29,995 nt of DNA from Longimicrobiales bacterium (GTDB lineage: Bacteria; Gemmatimonadota; Gemmatimonadetes; Longimicrobiales; Gaopeijiaceae): NCBI GenBank assembly GCA_965197725.1, contig CBDANQ010000010.1, positions 1 through 29,995 of the forward strand. Reading direction: 5' to 3'. A program made the translations under genes and the position numbers. Of the stretch, positions 6,784 to 16,106 are shown piece by piece. How positions within the stretch are numbered: the first letter of the stretch is position 1; every line of letters starts with the position of its first letter. The notes beneath the pieces are model-generated. The model was given only the letters and a program-made list of their open reading frames with translations. It ran no database searches and was not told the DNA's origin.

Positions 6784-9465
6784 ATGCAGGTTATCGAGTT
6801 AGCGCAGGAACTCAGTGTCGACGCCGAGGCGCTCGTTTCCTTGCTCCGCCAAATGGGCATTCCAGTGGCGGACAAGGACGCGACGATCACCGCTGGTCAG
6901 CATGCCAAGGTGCTCGCGAAGGTCGAGCGTGAGCGGCGTGCCGGCCGCGCTGACCCAGCTGCGGCGATCCAAGCCGCTCTGGAGGAGGCGGCGCCAGCGC
7001 CTACGAAGCGTCGTCGTCGTCGTCGAAAGGAGCGCGTGGTCGAGCCAGAGGAAGAGGTCGAGGAGTCCCTCGAGGAGACCGAGGCGGAGCTGACCGGGGA
7101 CGACGCGGAGGACGACCAGAGTTCGCTCGTCAACGCGGACGGTATCTCGGACGGTGAAGACACCCCGGGGGACGAAGAGGATGTCCCGGTGGCCAGCGAC
7201 GAAGCGCCAGTGGACGGCGATGACGCCTCAGCCGACGAGGACGATGCTCCGGCCGGACGTGACGACGCTCGAGGGGAAGGCGATGACACCCCTGCGGACA
7301 GCTCCGGTGCTGACGAGGCTTTTCTTCTCGAATCCGAGCCGGACGAGCCTGTCGCTGACTTTGCGCCGCCGCCGGCGCCAGCCCGTGCCGGTGCGCCCGA
7401 TGGGCCGGTCCGCACCATCCGTCGGCCAAGTCCGGCACCCGCCGCGAGTGCGGGCCCGGGGGGTCAGGTACGGATCCAGGCCGAGGGGTACACCGCCGAC
7501 GGCCGCCGTCAGGGCAAGGACAGGAAAAAGGGGAAGCGCCAGCGCGTGGACAAGGATGCGGTACAGTCCAACATCCAGCGTGTCATGGCGGAGATCAAAG
7601 GCGGTGGTAAGAAGCGTCGTCGTAAAAAGGGCAGGCTCTCAGCCCAGGAAGTAGAGGCGCAGGAGGAGCTGGAGAGGGAGGAGGAAGAACGCGAGCGTAC
7701 GACGGTACGCGTGAACGAGTTCCTGACGGTCGCCGAGCTCGCGGAGCTCGTCGACGTGACCTCCACGGACATCATCGGATCCGCGTTCAAGAACCTCGGG
7801 CTGCTCGTGACGATCAACCAGCGCCTCGACTTCGATCAGATCGAGATGCTGCTGGAAGAGTTCAACTACACCGCCGTTCGCGAAGAAGCCTACGTCGCCG
7901 AGCCAGAGCTCGCTGTCGTTGAGGACGCGCCGGAAGATCTCTTGCCGCGGTCGCCGGTCGTCACCGTGATGGGTCACGTCGATCATGGAAAGACGCTGCT
8001 CCTCGACCGCATCCGTGACACCAACGTAGTGGCCGGAGAGGCAGGGGGAATCACGCAGCACATCGGCGCCTATCACGTTGACGTCGGCGGTCGCAGAATC
8101 AGCTTCCTCGACACTCCGGGGCACGCTGCCTTCACGGCGATGCGTGCGCGAGGTGCGGACGTCACCGACGTCGTCGTACTGATCGTTGCGGCGGACGACT
8201 CGGTGATGCCGCAGACGATCGAGGCGATCAGTCATGCGAAGAACGCGGGCGTGCCGATCGTGGTGGCGATCAACAAGGTTGATCTGCCCACGGCCGACCC
8301 CGCACGGGTCAAGCAGCAGCTGCTCCAGCACGCCATCAACGTGGAGGACTTCGGAGGTGACGTGCTTGCCGCGGAGATCTCGGCGAAGACGGGCCAGGGT
8401 GTGGAAGACTTGCTGGACAAAGTGCTCCTTCAGGCCGAGATGCTCGAGCTCAAGGCGAACCCCAATCGTGAAGTGCAGGGCACGGTGATCGAGGCCCAGT
8501 TGGATATCGGTAAGGGCCCGGTGGTGTCGGTCCTCGTCCAGGCTGGCACGCTCCGAGTTGGAGACTCGTTCATCTGCGGCCTGTACGACGGTCGAGTGCG
8601 TGCCTTGCTCAATGAACGAGGGCAGAACGTCGACGAAGCGGGACCGGCGACGCCGGTCCAGGTTCTGGGCGCGGGCGGCGTGCCGCAGGCGGGTGACCTG
8701 TTCCAGGCCATGGAGGCGGTCAAGGCGGCCGAGATCGCTTCGAACCGTCAGCGGCTCGACCGCGAGAAGCAACTCCGCATTCGTGAGCGGGGAGTCAAGC
8801 TTGGCGACTTCGGTGCGTTGGCCGCGCAGGGCAAGGCCTCGACGCTTCCGCTCGTCATCAAGGGCGATGTGGATGGCTCTGTCCAGGCGCTCTCCGATTC
8901 GCTCGAACAGCTCGGGACAGACGAGGTGAAGGTCGAGATCATTCACCGCGCGGTGGGGGCGATCAACGAGTCTGACGTGTTGCTGGCGCAGACATCGGGT
9001 GCGGTCATCATCGGTTTGGGGGTCCGTCCGCAGACCACGGCGAGACTCGAGGCGGAGCGGGAAGATGTGGACATCCGCACGTACGACATCATCTACGAGG
9101 CTGTCGCCGAGGTGACCGCGGCGCTCGAGGGACTGCTCGCGCCCGAGAAGCGGGAGACCATCGAGGGTACGGCCGAGGTCCGAGAGATCTTCAGGGTCAG
9201 TAAGGTCGGGACGATTGCGGGCAGCTACGTTATCGAGGGTCGCATCGACCGAAAGGGACACGGGCGTGTGATCCGTGACGGTGTCGTGGTCTACGACGGC
9301 GAGATCTCGTCGCTGAAGCGTTTCAAGGACGACGTCAAGGAAGTCCGGGAGAGCTTCGAGTGCGGTATCGGCATCGCCAATTTCAACGACATCAAGGTCG
9401 GCGACGTCATCGAATGCTACACCGTCGAAGAGGTCGCTCGGACCTTGGCCGGGGCGAACCAGTAG
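6784..9465 (+). CDS. infB: Translation initiation factor IF-2
   Basis: [51 protein letters not shown] and [20 protein letters not shown]. Confidence 0.98.
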   Translation: MQVIELAQELSVDAEALVSLLRQMGIPVADKDATITAGQHAKVLAKVERERRAGRADPAAAIQAALEEAAPAPTKRRRRRRKERVVEPEEEVEESLEETEAELTGDDAEDDQSSLVNADGISDGEDTPGDEEDVPVASDEAPVDGDDASADEDDAPAGRDDARGEGDDTPADSSGADEAFLLESEPDEPVADFAPPPAPARAGAPDGPVRTIRRPSPAPAASAGPGGQVRIQAEGYTADGRRQGKDRKKGKRQRVDKDAVQSNIQRVMAEIKGGGKKRRRKKGRLSAQEVEAQEELEREEEERERTTVRVNEFLTVAELAELVDVTSTDIIGSAFKNLGLLVTINQRLDFDQIEMLLEEFNYTAVREEAYVAEPELAVVEDAPEDLLPRSPVVTVMGHVDHGKTLLLDRIRDTNVVAGEAGGITQHIGAYHVDVGGRRISFLDTPGHAAFTAMRARGADVTDVVVLIVAADDSVMPQTIEAISHAKNAGVPIVVAINKVDLPTADPARVKQQLLQHAINVEDFGGDVLAAEISAKTGQGVEDLLDKVLLQAEMLELKANPNREVQGTVIEAQLDIGKGPVVSVLVQAGTLRVGDSFICGLYDGRVRALLNERGQNVDEAGPATPVQVLGAGGVPQAGDLFQAMEAVKAAEIASNRQRLDREKQLRIRERGVKLGDFGALAAQGKASTLPLVIKGDVDGSVQALSDSLEQLGTDEVKVEIIHRAVGAINESDVLLAQTSGAVIIGLGVRPQTTARLEAEREDVDIRTYDIIYEAVAEVTAALEGLLAPEKRETIEGTAEVREIFRVSKVGTIAGSYVIEGRIDRKGHGRVIRDGVVVYDGEISSLKRFKDDVKEVRESFECGIGIANFNDIKVGDVIECYTVEEVARTLAGANQ
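7150..7296 (+). repeat. Degenerate 21-bp (7-aa) acidic repeat in the IF-2 N-terminal region
   Basis: [49 protein letters not shown]: seven units of consensus xx(D/E)DAPx. Confidence 0.6.
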
Positions 9466-9475
9466 TCAGCGCGCC

Positions 9476-9757
9476 ATGGTCGTCGCGTCGCTGACCTGGG
9501 ATCTAGCGCTGCCAGGCTGCTCGTCTCTCAAAGATAAGCGCTCGATGATCCGTTCGCTTCGTGATCGGCTCGAGAACAAGTTCCACGTGTCCGTAGCCGA
9601 GACCGACTTTCAGGACGTGCACGCACGCGCCCAGATCACCATCGCTTTGGTCGCATCCGACGGACGTCTCGCCGAGTCCACGCTCGACAAGATCGATCGC
9701 TTCGTCGAGAACCACGGCGTAGCACTGATTACCGGCGTTCGCCGAGAGCTCTACTGA
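9476..9757 (+). CDS. DUF503 (YlxP-like) protein
   Basis: LPGCSSLKDKRSMIRSLRDRLENKFHVSVAETDFQD; conserved position between infB and rbfA. Confidence 0.93.
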   Translation: MVVASLTWDLALPGCSSLKDKRSMIRSLRDRLENKFHVSVAETDFQDVHARAQITIALVASDGRLAESTLDKIDRFVENHGVALITGVRRELY

Positions 9758-10155
9758 TGGCGCCCAAGCGCGTGGCTCGACTCAACGAGCAGCTCAAACG
9801 GGAGCTTTCGGAGCTCATCCGCACTCAGGTTAGGGATCCGCGAGTCGGTGTCGTCACCGTCACGGCCGTGGAGATGGCGTCGGACCTCGGCTCCGCGCGG
9901 GTCTTCGTTCGCATCATCGGCGACCACGCGGAGGTCCAGGAGACACTCGCTGGCCTCGATGCTGCTGCGCCGTTCCTACGTGGGCTGCTGGGGCGCTTGC
10001 TGCACATCCGACGGATTCCTGAACTGCGCTTCCGTGAGGACCGTTCCATGGAGCACGCGCGGCGGATCGAGCAGCTACTGTCTGACGTTGTCGTGCCGGA
10101 GCAAGCGTCGGTCGAGGAGGCCGACGGGGAGACTCCGCCCGAGAGCGCGGAGTGA
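9757..10155 (+). CDS. rbfA: Ribosome-binding factor A
   Basis: RVARLNEQLKRELSELI, VRDPRV, DLGSARVF and IRRIPELRFRED; TGATG overlap with DUF503. Confidence 0.96.
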   Translation: MAPKRVARLNEQLKRELSELIRTQVRDPRVGVVTVTAVEMASDLGSARVFVRIIGDHAEVQETLAGLDAAAPFLRGLLGRLLHIRRIPELRFREDRSMEHARRIEQLLSDVVVPEQASVEEADGETPPESAE

Positions 10156-11027
10156 CGAGCCTCGACATCGTACTTCCGCTCGACAAGCCGGAAGGGCCCA
10201 CATCGCACGACGTGGTCGCGATGGCGCGAAAAGCTCTGAGCATCCGGAGGGTCGGGCACACCGGCACGTTGGATCCGTTCGCCTCCGGACTCTTGTTGCT
10301 CTGCATCGGGAGGGCGACCAGGCTCGCCCAGTATCTCACCGGCTTGGCCAAGTCGTACGATGCGGTCGCGCGCCTCGGTATCACGACGGACACCGAAGAC
10401 CGCGAAGGCGAGCCCGGCGAGGAACGCCCAGGCTGGTCCGACCTGACCGGCGCGGTCGTTGTCACCGCGATGCAGGGGTTCAAGGGCGACATCGATCAGG
10501 TGCCACCTCAGTTCTCGGCCAAGAAAGTAGACGGTGTGGCAATGCACCAGCGCGCACGTCGTGGAGAACACGTCGCACTGGCCGCGCGCCCGATCACGGT
10601 TCACGAGCTCGAGCTGCGCTCACTCGACCTACCCTTCATGGAATTTCGCGTGCGTTGCTCGAGCGGGACGTACGTACGGTCCCTGGCGCGAGATATCGGG
10701 GAGGCGCTCGGCGTAGGCGCGCACCTGACCGGGTTGAGGAGAACGTCGATTGGGGCGCACACGTTGGAACGAGCCATCACTCCTGCCCAGCTCGGGGATC
10801 CCGAGGCGGTATCGAGGGCCGCGCTCTCACCGCTCGATGCACTCGGGCACCTACCCGTCGTCGTGGTCGACGAGAAGAGCCGGGACCGACTCGCGTTCGG
10901 TCAAACAGTCGACGCGCCCGAGACCGCGGAAGGCGGGCACATCACCGTGGCATGCGACGGCCGTCTGGTGGCGATCGCCGAGGTGCGGGCGGGGGCACTC
11001 ACACCGAAGAAGGTCTTTCTGCCATGA
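10152..11027 (+). CDS. truB: tRNA pseudouridine(55) synthase
   Basis: DKPEGPTSHDVV, VGHTGTLDPFASGLL, QVPPQFSAKKVDG and CSSGTYVRSLARDIG; GTGA overlap with rbfA. Confidence 0.96.
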   Translation: MTSLDIVLPLDKPEGPTSHDVVAMARKALSIRRVGHTGTLDPFASGLLLLCIGRATRLAQYLTGLAKSYDAVARLGITTDTEDREGEPGEERPGWSDLTGAVVVTAMQGFKGDIDQVPPQFSAKKVDGVAMHQRARRGEHVALAARPITVHELELRSLDLPFMEFRVRCSSGTYVRSLARDIGEALGVGAHLTGLRRTSIGAHTLERAITPAQLGDPEAVSRAALSPLDALGHLPVVVVDEKSRDRLAFGQTVDAPETAEGGHITVACDGRLVAIAEVRAGALTPKKVFLP

Positions 11028-11974
11028 CTGGGGCCGTGCGCTGGGCTTACCCACCGGGCATTCCCACGGACAAGGGGACCGTCGTCACGGTTGGCACGTT
11101 CGACGGTGTTCACCGCGGGCACTGGGCCGTGCTCGATGAGATCCGCCAACGTGCGCGTGCTGCCGACCGTCGCAGCGTGCTCGTGACCTTCGATCCACAC
11201 CCGCTGCGGATCGTGCGGCCGGAGCATGCACCGCCGCTGTTGACGACGCCGCTCGAGAAGAAGGAGATTCTGGCGGAGAGCGGGCTGGAATACGCGGTCT
11301 TCATCGCGTTTACGGAGACCCTGTCCCGCTACTCCCCTCGCCGTTTCGTCGAGGAGATCCTGGTCGGCCGCCTCCACGTCGAGGAGCTCGTGATCGGGTA
11401 CGACCACGGATTCGGGCGCGACCGCTCCGGCAACGCCGACACACTGCGGGAGATCGGAGCGGACATTGGCTTCGAGGTCGACGTCGTGCCGCCGGTGGAA
11501 GCCGGGGAGGAGGCTGTCTCGTCCACGCGGATTCGCGCCGCTGTCGCGGACGGGCGGATGGAGGAGGCCCGCATGTGCCTGGGAAGGCCCTACTCCATTC
11601 GCGGCGTGGTCGTCCGTGGGGACGGACGGGGAAGGGGGCTGGGCTTCCCGACGGCGAACCTCGAGGTGTCGGCGAGCGAGAAGTTGATTCCGCCGGCGGG
11701 GATCTACGCCGTTCGCGGCGTGCTCAAGCAGGGCACCTACGTCGGTGCCTTGCACCTGGGTCCACGACCGACCTTCATGGGATCTCCTCCCAGCATCGAG
11801 CTGCACCTGCTCGACTTCGACGGCGATATCTACGGTGAGGTGGTGAGGGTCGACTTCGTGCGGTACTTGAGGCCGGTGTTGCCGTTCGACAGCGCGCAGG
11901 GGCTGATCGAGCAGATGCGGGCGGACGTTGACGTGGCTCGACGCGTGGTAGACGAGGATCCGGGGATTGCCTAA
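11024..11974 (+). CDS. ribF: Bifunctional riboflavin kinase / FAD synthetase
   Basis: VGTFDGVHRGH, TFDPHP, GYDHGFG, VSSTRIR, GRGLGFPTAN and IELHLLDF. The real start is ATG 11024 (ATGA overlap with truB), not 9848. Confidence 0.96.
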   Translation: MTGAVRWAYPPGIPTDKGTVVTVGTFDGVHRGHWAVLDEIRQRARAADRRSVLVTFDPHPLRIVRPEHAPPLLTTPLEKKEILAESGLEYAVFIAFTETLSRYSPRRFVEEILVGRLHVEELVIGYDHGFGRDRSGNADTLREIGADIGFEVDVVPPVEAGEEAVSSTRIRAAVADGRMEEARMCLGRPYSIRGVVVRGDGRGRGLGFPTANLEVSASEKLIPPAGIYAVRGVLKQGTYVGALHLGPRPTFMGSPPSIELHLLDFDGDIYGEVVRVDFVRYLRPVLPFDSAQGLIEQMRADVDVARRVVDEDPGIA

Positions 11975-11977
11975 CTT
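11949..11977 (+). promoter_or_regulatory. Candidate internal promoter for rpsO-pnp
   Basis: TAGACG (11949-11954), 17 nt spacer, TAACTT (11972-11977), about 90 nt before the rpsO ATG. Confidence 0.4.
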
Positions 11978-12067
11978 ATGGGCTAACAAAGAACGCGCGT
12001 CCGCGGTTTGCGGCCCAGCGCTCTCGCTTCCCTTGCAGCGACTGACTCTCGAGGAGGCCGACGCCCC

Positions 12068-12328
12068 ATGGCGTTCGTCAAGGAAGAAGTTATCCAGAAG
12101 TACCAGCTCCACGACAACGATCGTGGAAGCACCCCGGTCCAGATCGCGATCCTCACGGCTCGCATCGACGATCTGCGAAGCCATTTCGACACCCATAAGA
12201 AGGATCACCACAGCCGTCGCGGCCTGCTCAAGATGGTCGGACGGCGGCGTCGCCTGCTCGAGTACATTAAGAAAACCGACGTCGAGAAGTACCGCGGTCT
12301 GATCAAAGATTTGGGCCTGCGGCATTAG
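12068..12328 (+). CDS. rpsO: 30S ribosomal protein S15
   Basis: [19 protein letters not shown]...[24 protein letters not shown]...LGLRH; GAGGAGG RBS before ATG 12068. Confidence 0.98.
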   Translation: MAFVKEEVIQKYQLHDNDRGSTPVQIAILTARIDDLRSHFDTHKKDHHSRRGLLKMVGRRRRLLEYIKKTDVEKYRGLIKDLGLRH

Positions 12329-12332
12329 TACC

Positions 12333-12372
12333 CTGTGGCGGTCGCCTCGATGGCGGTCCCCCCAGTTTGTTT
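12333..12372 (+). terminator. Weak terminator-like hairpin after rpsO
   Basis: Inner stem GGTCGCC/GGCGGTC (with G-U pairs), outer CTG/CAG, followed by TTTGTTT (12366-12372). Confidence 0.35.
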
Positions 12373-12552
12373 CAGCCGAAGCGGTTGTGCGCCTCGGTCG
12401 GGAGACGGCCTACGATATGGCCGCAGAAAACGGGCTCACGCATGAGCGTGCCCCGAGCGGCGGTCGCTCTCTCCTCCGGTTCCCACGGCACCTCGGCATT
12501 CAATCCGAGGCTGGGGATGTTCCCCGGCCGAAACCGAAGTGAGTACAACAAC

Positions 12553-14742
12553 ATGATTCAAAGGATGGAGCGCCAGTTCGCAGGACGGACACTGTCGCTC
12601 GAAATCGGCCGCATGGCCAAACTCGCCCAGGGCTCGTGCCTGGTGCAGTATGGCGATACGGTGGTGCTGTGCTCGGCCACGGTTCAAGACAGGCCCACGC
12701 ACCTCCCATTTTTTCCCCTCACGATCGAGTATCGTGAAAAGTCGTACGCGGCGGGCAAGATTCCCGGCGGCTTCTTTAAGCGCGAAGGACGCCCGGGTGA
12801 GAAAGAGATTATCGCCGCCCGCCAGATCGACCGGCCTATCCGGCCCCTGTTTCCGAGCGGGTTCAAGAACGAGACGCAGATCGCGTGCTTCATCTTGTCC
12901 GCGGACCAAGAAAACGACGCGGACGTGCTCGCTATGCTGGGTGCCTCGGTGGCGCTCAACATGTCGAAGATTCCGTTCAATACGACGGTGGCGGCGGTTC
13001 GAGTGGGCCGCATCAAGGATACGTGGGTGTTGAACCCGACCTTCCAGCAGCTCGAGTACTCCGACGTCGACATCGTCGTAGCGGGTTCCTCGAAGGCGAT
13101 CACGATGGTAGAAGGTGGCGCCCTCGAGGTACCTGAGAGTGAGATTCTGGAGGCGCTCGAGGTCGCGCATGCCGGCATCAAGGAACTGTGCGCCCTCCAG
13201 GACGAGCTTCTCGCAGGCCATCGCGTGCCGGACATGGAGTGGACGTCGACCGCGCCCGATGCCGAGCTGAAGGAAAAGGTTGAAGGCATGGCCGCCGCCA
13301 AGGTCGCCGAGGCTCTCAACCTTGGTGACAAGCAGGAGCGAAATCAGGCGATGGCAGCGGTGACGGAGGACGTCATCGCGACGCTCACCGAGGAGGACGA
13401 GCAGTACGCTGAGCACGCGGAGGACATCGGCGAAATCCTGCGCGGCATCGAGAAGAAGACGATGCGCCGCCAAATCCTCGATGAGGGCGAGCGCGCCGAT
13501 GGACGGGGTGTGGACGACATCCGTCAGATCACCAGCGAAGTCGGTGTGCTTCCGCGAACGCATGGCTCCGCGCTCTTCACTCGTGGTCAGACGCAGGCGC
13601 TCGCGGTGGTGACGTTGGGCACGTCGCGGGACGAACAGCGGATCGACTCCGTCGACTCGCGCGAAGAGGTCACCAAGTCGTTCATGCTGCACTACAACTT
13701 CCCGCCCTTCTCGGTCGGTGAGGCGCGTCCGTTCCGGGGCACGTCCCGTCGTGAGGTCGGCCACGGGAACCTCGCCGAGCGCGCGGTGCAGCCCCTGCTG
13801 CCGGCGTACGACGACTTCCCCTACACCATCCGGATCGTGTCTGACATTCTCGAGTCGAACGGTTCTTCTTCCATGGCGACGATATGCGGTTCTTCACTCG
13901 CGCTCATGGACGCCGGAGTGCCGATCAAGAGCCCGTGCGCGGGCGTTGCGATGGGCCTGATCAAGGAAGGCGACGAGCTCGCGATTCTTACGGACATCCT
14001 CGGCCTCGAGGACGCCCTGGGTGATATGGACTTCAAGGTGGCCGGGACGCGCGACGGCGTGACCTCAATCCAGATGGACATCAAGATCGAGGGTCTCACC
14101 GTGGACATCCTCAGCGAGGCGCTCGAGCGCGCGCACAAGGGTAGACTCCACATTCTCGACCTCATGGACCAGGCTCTCAATGAGCCGCGCAGCGATCTCT
14201 CTGCCTACGCGCCGCGCATCGTGTCGATCCAGATCAACCCCGAGAAGATCGGTGAGATCATCGGCCCGAAGGGCAAGACGATCCGGGCGATCCAGGACGA
14301 GTCGGGTGCCACGATCGACATCGACGACAGCGGACTCGTGAAGATTGCGGCGATCTCGGGCGAGGCAGGGGCACGGGCTCGGGAGATGATCGAAGCGATT
14401 GTGAAGGACCCCGAGGTGGGCCGGATCTACGAGGGTCCGGTGAAGAACACCACTACCTTCGGTGCCTTCATCGAGATCATGCCCGGTACGGAAGGCCTGT
14501 GCCATATCTCGGAGCTACAGGAAAGCCGCACCGAGAGGACTGAGGACGTGCTCAAGAGGGGCGACATCACGAAGGTCAAACTGCTCTCGATCGACGAGAA
14601 GGGCCGCCTCAGGCTGTCGAGAAAGGCTGCGCTGGCGGAGCTGGCTGCGGCGGCGACCGGAGACGGCGATGCCGCAGCAGCGAGCGGCGATGTCGCAGGG
14701 CCCGGGGGCGCGGACGAAGCGGTCGAGACCGCTGACGCCTGA
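12553..14742 (+). CDS. pnp: Polyribonucleotide nucleotidyltransferase (PNPase)
   Basis: FFPLTIEYRE, KIPGGFFKREGRP, RREVGHGNLA, ILESNGSSSMA and GDMDFKVAGT, plus KH (IIGPKGKTIR) and S1 domains. Start ATG 12553. Confidence 0.98.
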   Translation: MIQRMERQFAGRTLSLEIGRMAKLAQGSCLVQYGDTVVLCSATVQDRPTHLPFFPLTIEYREKSYAAGKIPGGFFKREGRPGEKEIIAARQIDRPIRPLFPSGFKNETQIACFILSADQENDADVLAMLGASVALNMSKIPFNTTVAAVRVGRIKDTWVLNPTFQQLEYSDVDIVVAGSSKAITMVEGGALEVPESEILEALEVAHAGIKELCALQDELLAGHRVPDMEWTSTAPDAELKEKVEGMAAAKVAEALNLGDKQERNQAMAAVTEDVIATLTEEDEQYAEHAEDIGEILRGIEKKTMRRQILDEGERADGRGVDDIRQITSEVGVLPRTHGSALFTRGQTQALAVVTLGTSRDEQRIDSVDSREEVTKSFMLHYNFPPFSVGEARPFRGTSRREVGHGNLAERAVQPLLPAYDDFPYTIRIVSDILESNGSSSMATICGSSLALMDAGVPIKSPCAGVAMGLIKEGDELAILTDILGLEDALGDMDFKVAGTRDGVTSIQMDIKIEGLTVDILSEALERAHKGRLHILDLMDQALNEPRSDLSAYAPRIVSIQINPEKIGEIIGPKGKTIRAIQDESGATIDIDDSGLVKIAAISGEAGARAREMIEAIVKDPEVGRIYEGPVKNTTTFGAFIEIMPGTEGLCHISELQESRTERTEDVLKRGDITKVKLLSIDEKGRLRLSRKAALAELAAAATGDGDAAAASGDVAGPGGADEAVETADA

Positions 14743-14847
14743 GTAGGTCGGGTGCCGGGTAGGATAACGAGGGGACACGGGCAAACGCCCGTGCTCTCTC
14801 TTGCTTCGACGCCCGCCGAGGCGCGCGCCGCCGCGGACGGTACGGAC

Positions 14848-16103
14848 ATGATGGCCGAGTCGGTGCTCGACTGCGGGATCCACGTTCTGAGCGAGTACAT
14901 ACCATCGGTTCGCTCGGCGAGCGTCGGCGTCTGGTTCCGACAGGGCGGCGCGCACGAGCCGTTAACCGACACGGGCGTGAGCCATCTGCTCGAGCACATG
15001 GTCTTCAAGGGCACCGAGCGACGCTCGGCCGCCGAGATCGCGATGGCGCTCGAAGGCCTCGGTGGCTCGCTCGACGCCTATACGAGTCGCGAACACACTT
15101 CGTATCAGGCCAGGATCCTGGACGACCACCTCGGTGAGGCGCTCGATGTTCTGGCCGACCTGGTGTTGGATCCACTGCTGCGTGCGGATGATCTGGAGCT
15201 CGAGCGGGAGGTCGTGCTCGAGGAAGTCGCGCAGGTCGAGGATACGCCCGACGACCTGGTCTTCGAACTCCACTCTGATCTTCTCTGGCAGGGGCACCCC
15301 TACGGCCGTTCGATCCTCGGCACGAAGGAGTCCGTCGCCCGCATGTCCATCGACACGCTGCGCGACCTACATGCCCGCACCTATCGCGGCGACAACCTGA
15401 TCGTGGCGGCCGCTGGGAACGTGCAACACGAGCGTCTCGTGGAGTCGGTCGAGAGCCTTTTCGGCTCTCGAGCCAGGGGCCAGCCGAGCGGTGACGTCGC
15501 GACGCCGGGACGCACGCTCTCCGGGAGCACCGAATCGCGCGTTCGACGGCGCAGACCCATGTGGTGCTCGGGACCGGCGTTCCGGGGCACGCGCACAAGG
15601 ACCGGTATCCGCTCGTGCTTCTCTCTTCGGCGCTGGGCGGGGGCATGAGCTCCCGGCTCTTCCAGAAGGTGCGCGAGGAGCTCGGGCTGTGCTACTCGGT
15701 GTACACGTACCAGTCGTTCTACAGCGCGTCCGGTCTTTCAGGCGTGTACGTCGGCACGCGGCCAGCGACGGCGGACGCCGCGGTCGACGCGATCTGGGGC
15801 GAGATGACCCGCATGGCCGAGCTGGGCCTCAGCGCGGACGAACTGGAGCAGACCAAGCGGCAGGTGAAGGGGCAGGTTATGCTGTCACTCGAGTCGACCG
15901 GCGCGCGGCTGCACCGCCTCGCGTCGTTCGCGCTCCACCGGGAGCCGTTCCTAGGGCTCGATGGCCTACTCGACAGGATCGATTCGGTGACGCTTGAGGA
16001 CGTGTGTCGCGTCGCGGCCGAGTTCTACCATCCCGACAGCCAACTGGTGGTCCGACTGGGCCCCGACGCCGCGAACGGACAATCCGAGCAAGCCGGTGAG
16101 TAG
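14848..16103 (+). pseudogene. M16 family (pitrilysin/insulinase) zinc peptidase split by a 1-nt frameshift, possibly a sequencing error
   Basis: The N-half in frame +1 has GVSHLLEHMVFKGT (HxxEH) and LDAYTSREHT. The C-half in frame +3 has AQTHVVLG and LGGGMSSRLFQKVREELGLCYSVY. Adding one G to GGG 15523-15525 joins them (SG-EHRIARSTAQTH). The start is uncertain (GTG 14791 or ATG 14848). Confidence 0.9.
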
Positions 16104-16106
16104 CAG

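Noticed and set aside
7972..8010. IF-2 P-loop variant [12 protein letters not shown] (usually GKTS/TLLD)
   Set aside because: The invariant GKT is intact and the following residue varies among IF-2/IF5B proteins, so there is no evidence of altered function.
7639..9261. Long antisense ORFs (540 aa opposite infB; similarly 10901-12325 and 12436-13764)
   Set aside because: They mirror well-supported core genes, as expected from GC-rich codon bias, and show no recognisable motifs.
9848..11023. 708-aa ORF suggesting a large N-terminal extension or fusion on RibF
   Set aside because: The upstream part is an Arg-rich shadow frame over rbfA and truB. The recognisable RibF begins at ATG 11024, which overlaps the truB stop.
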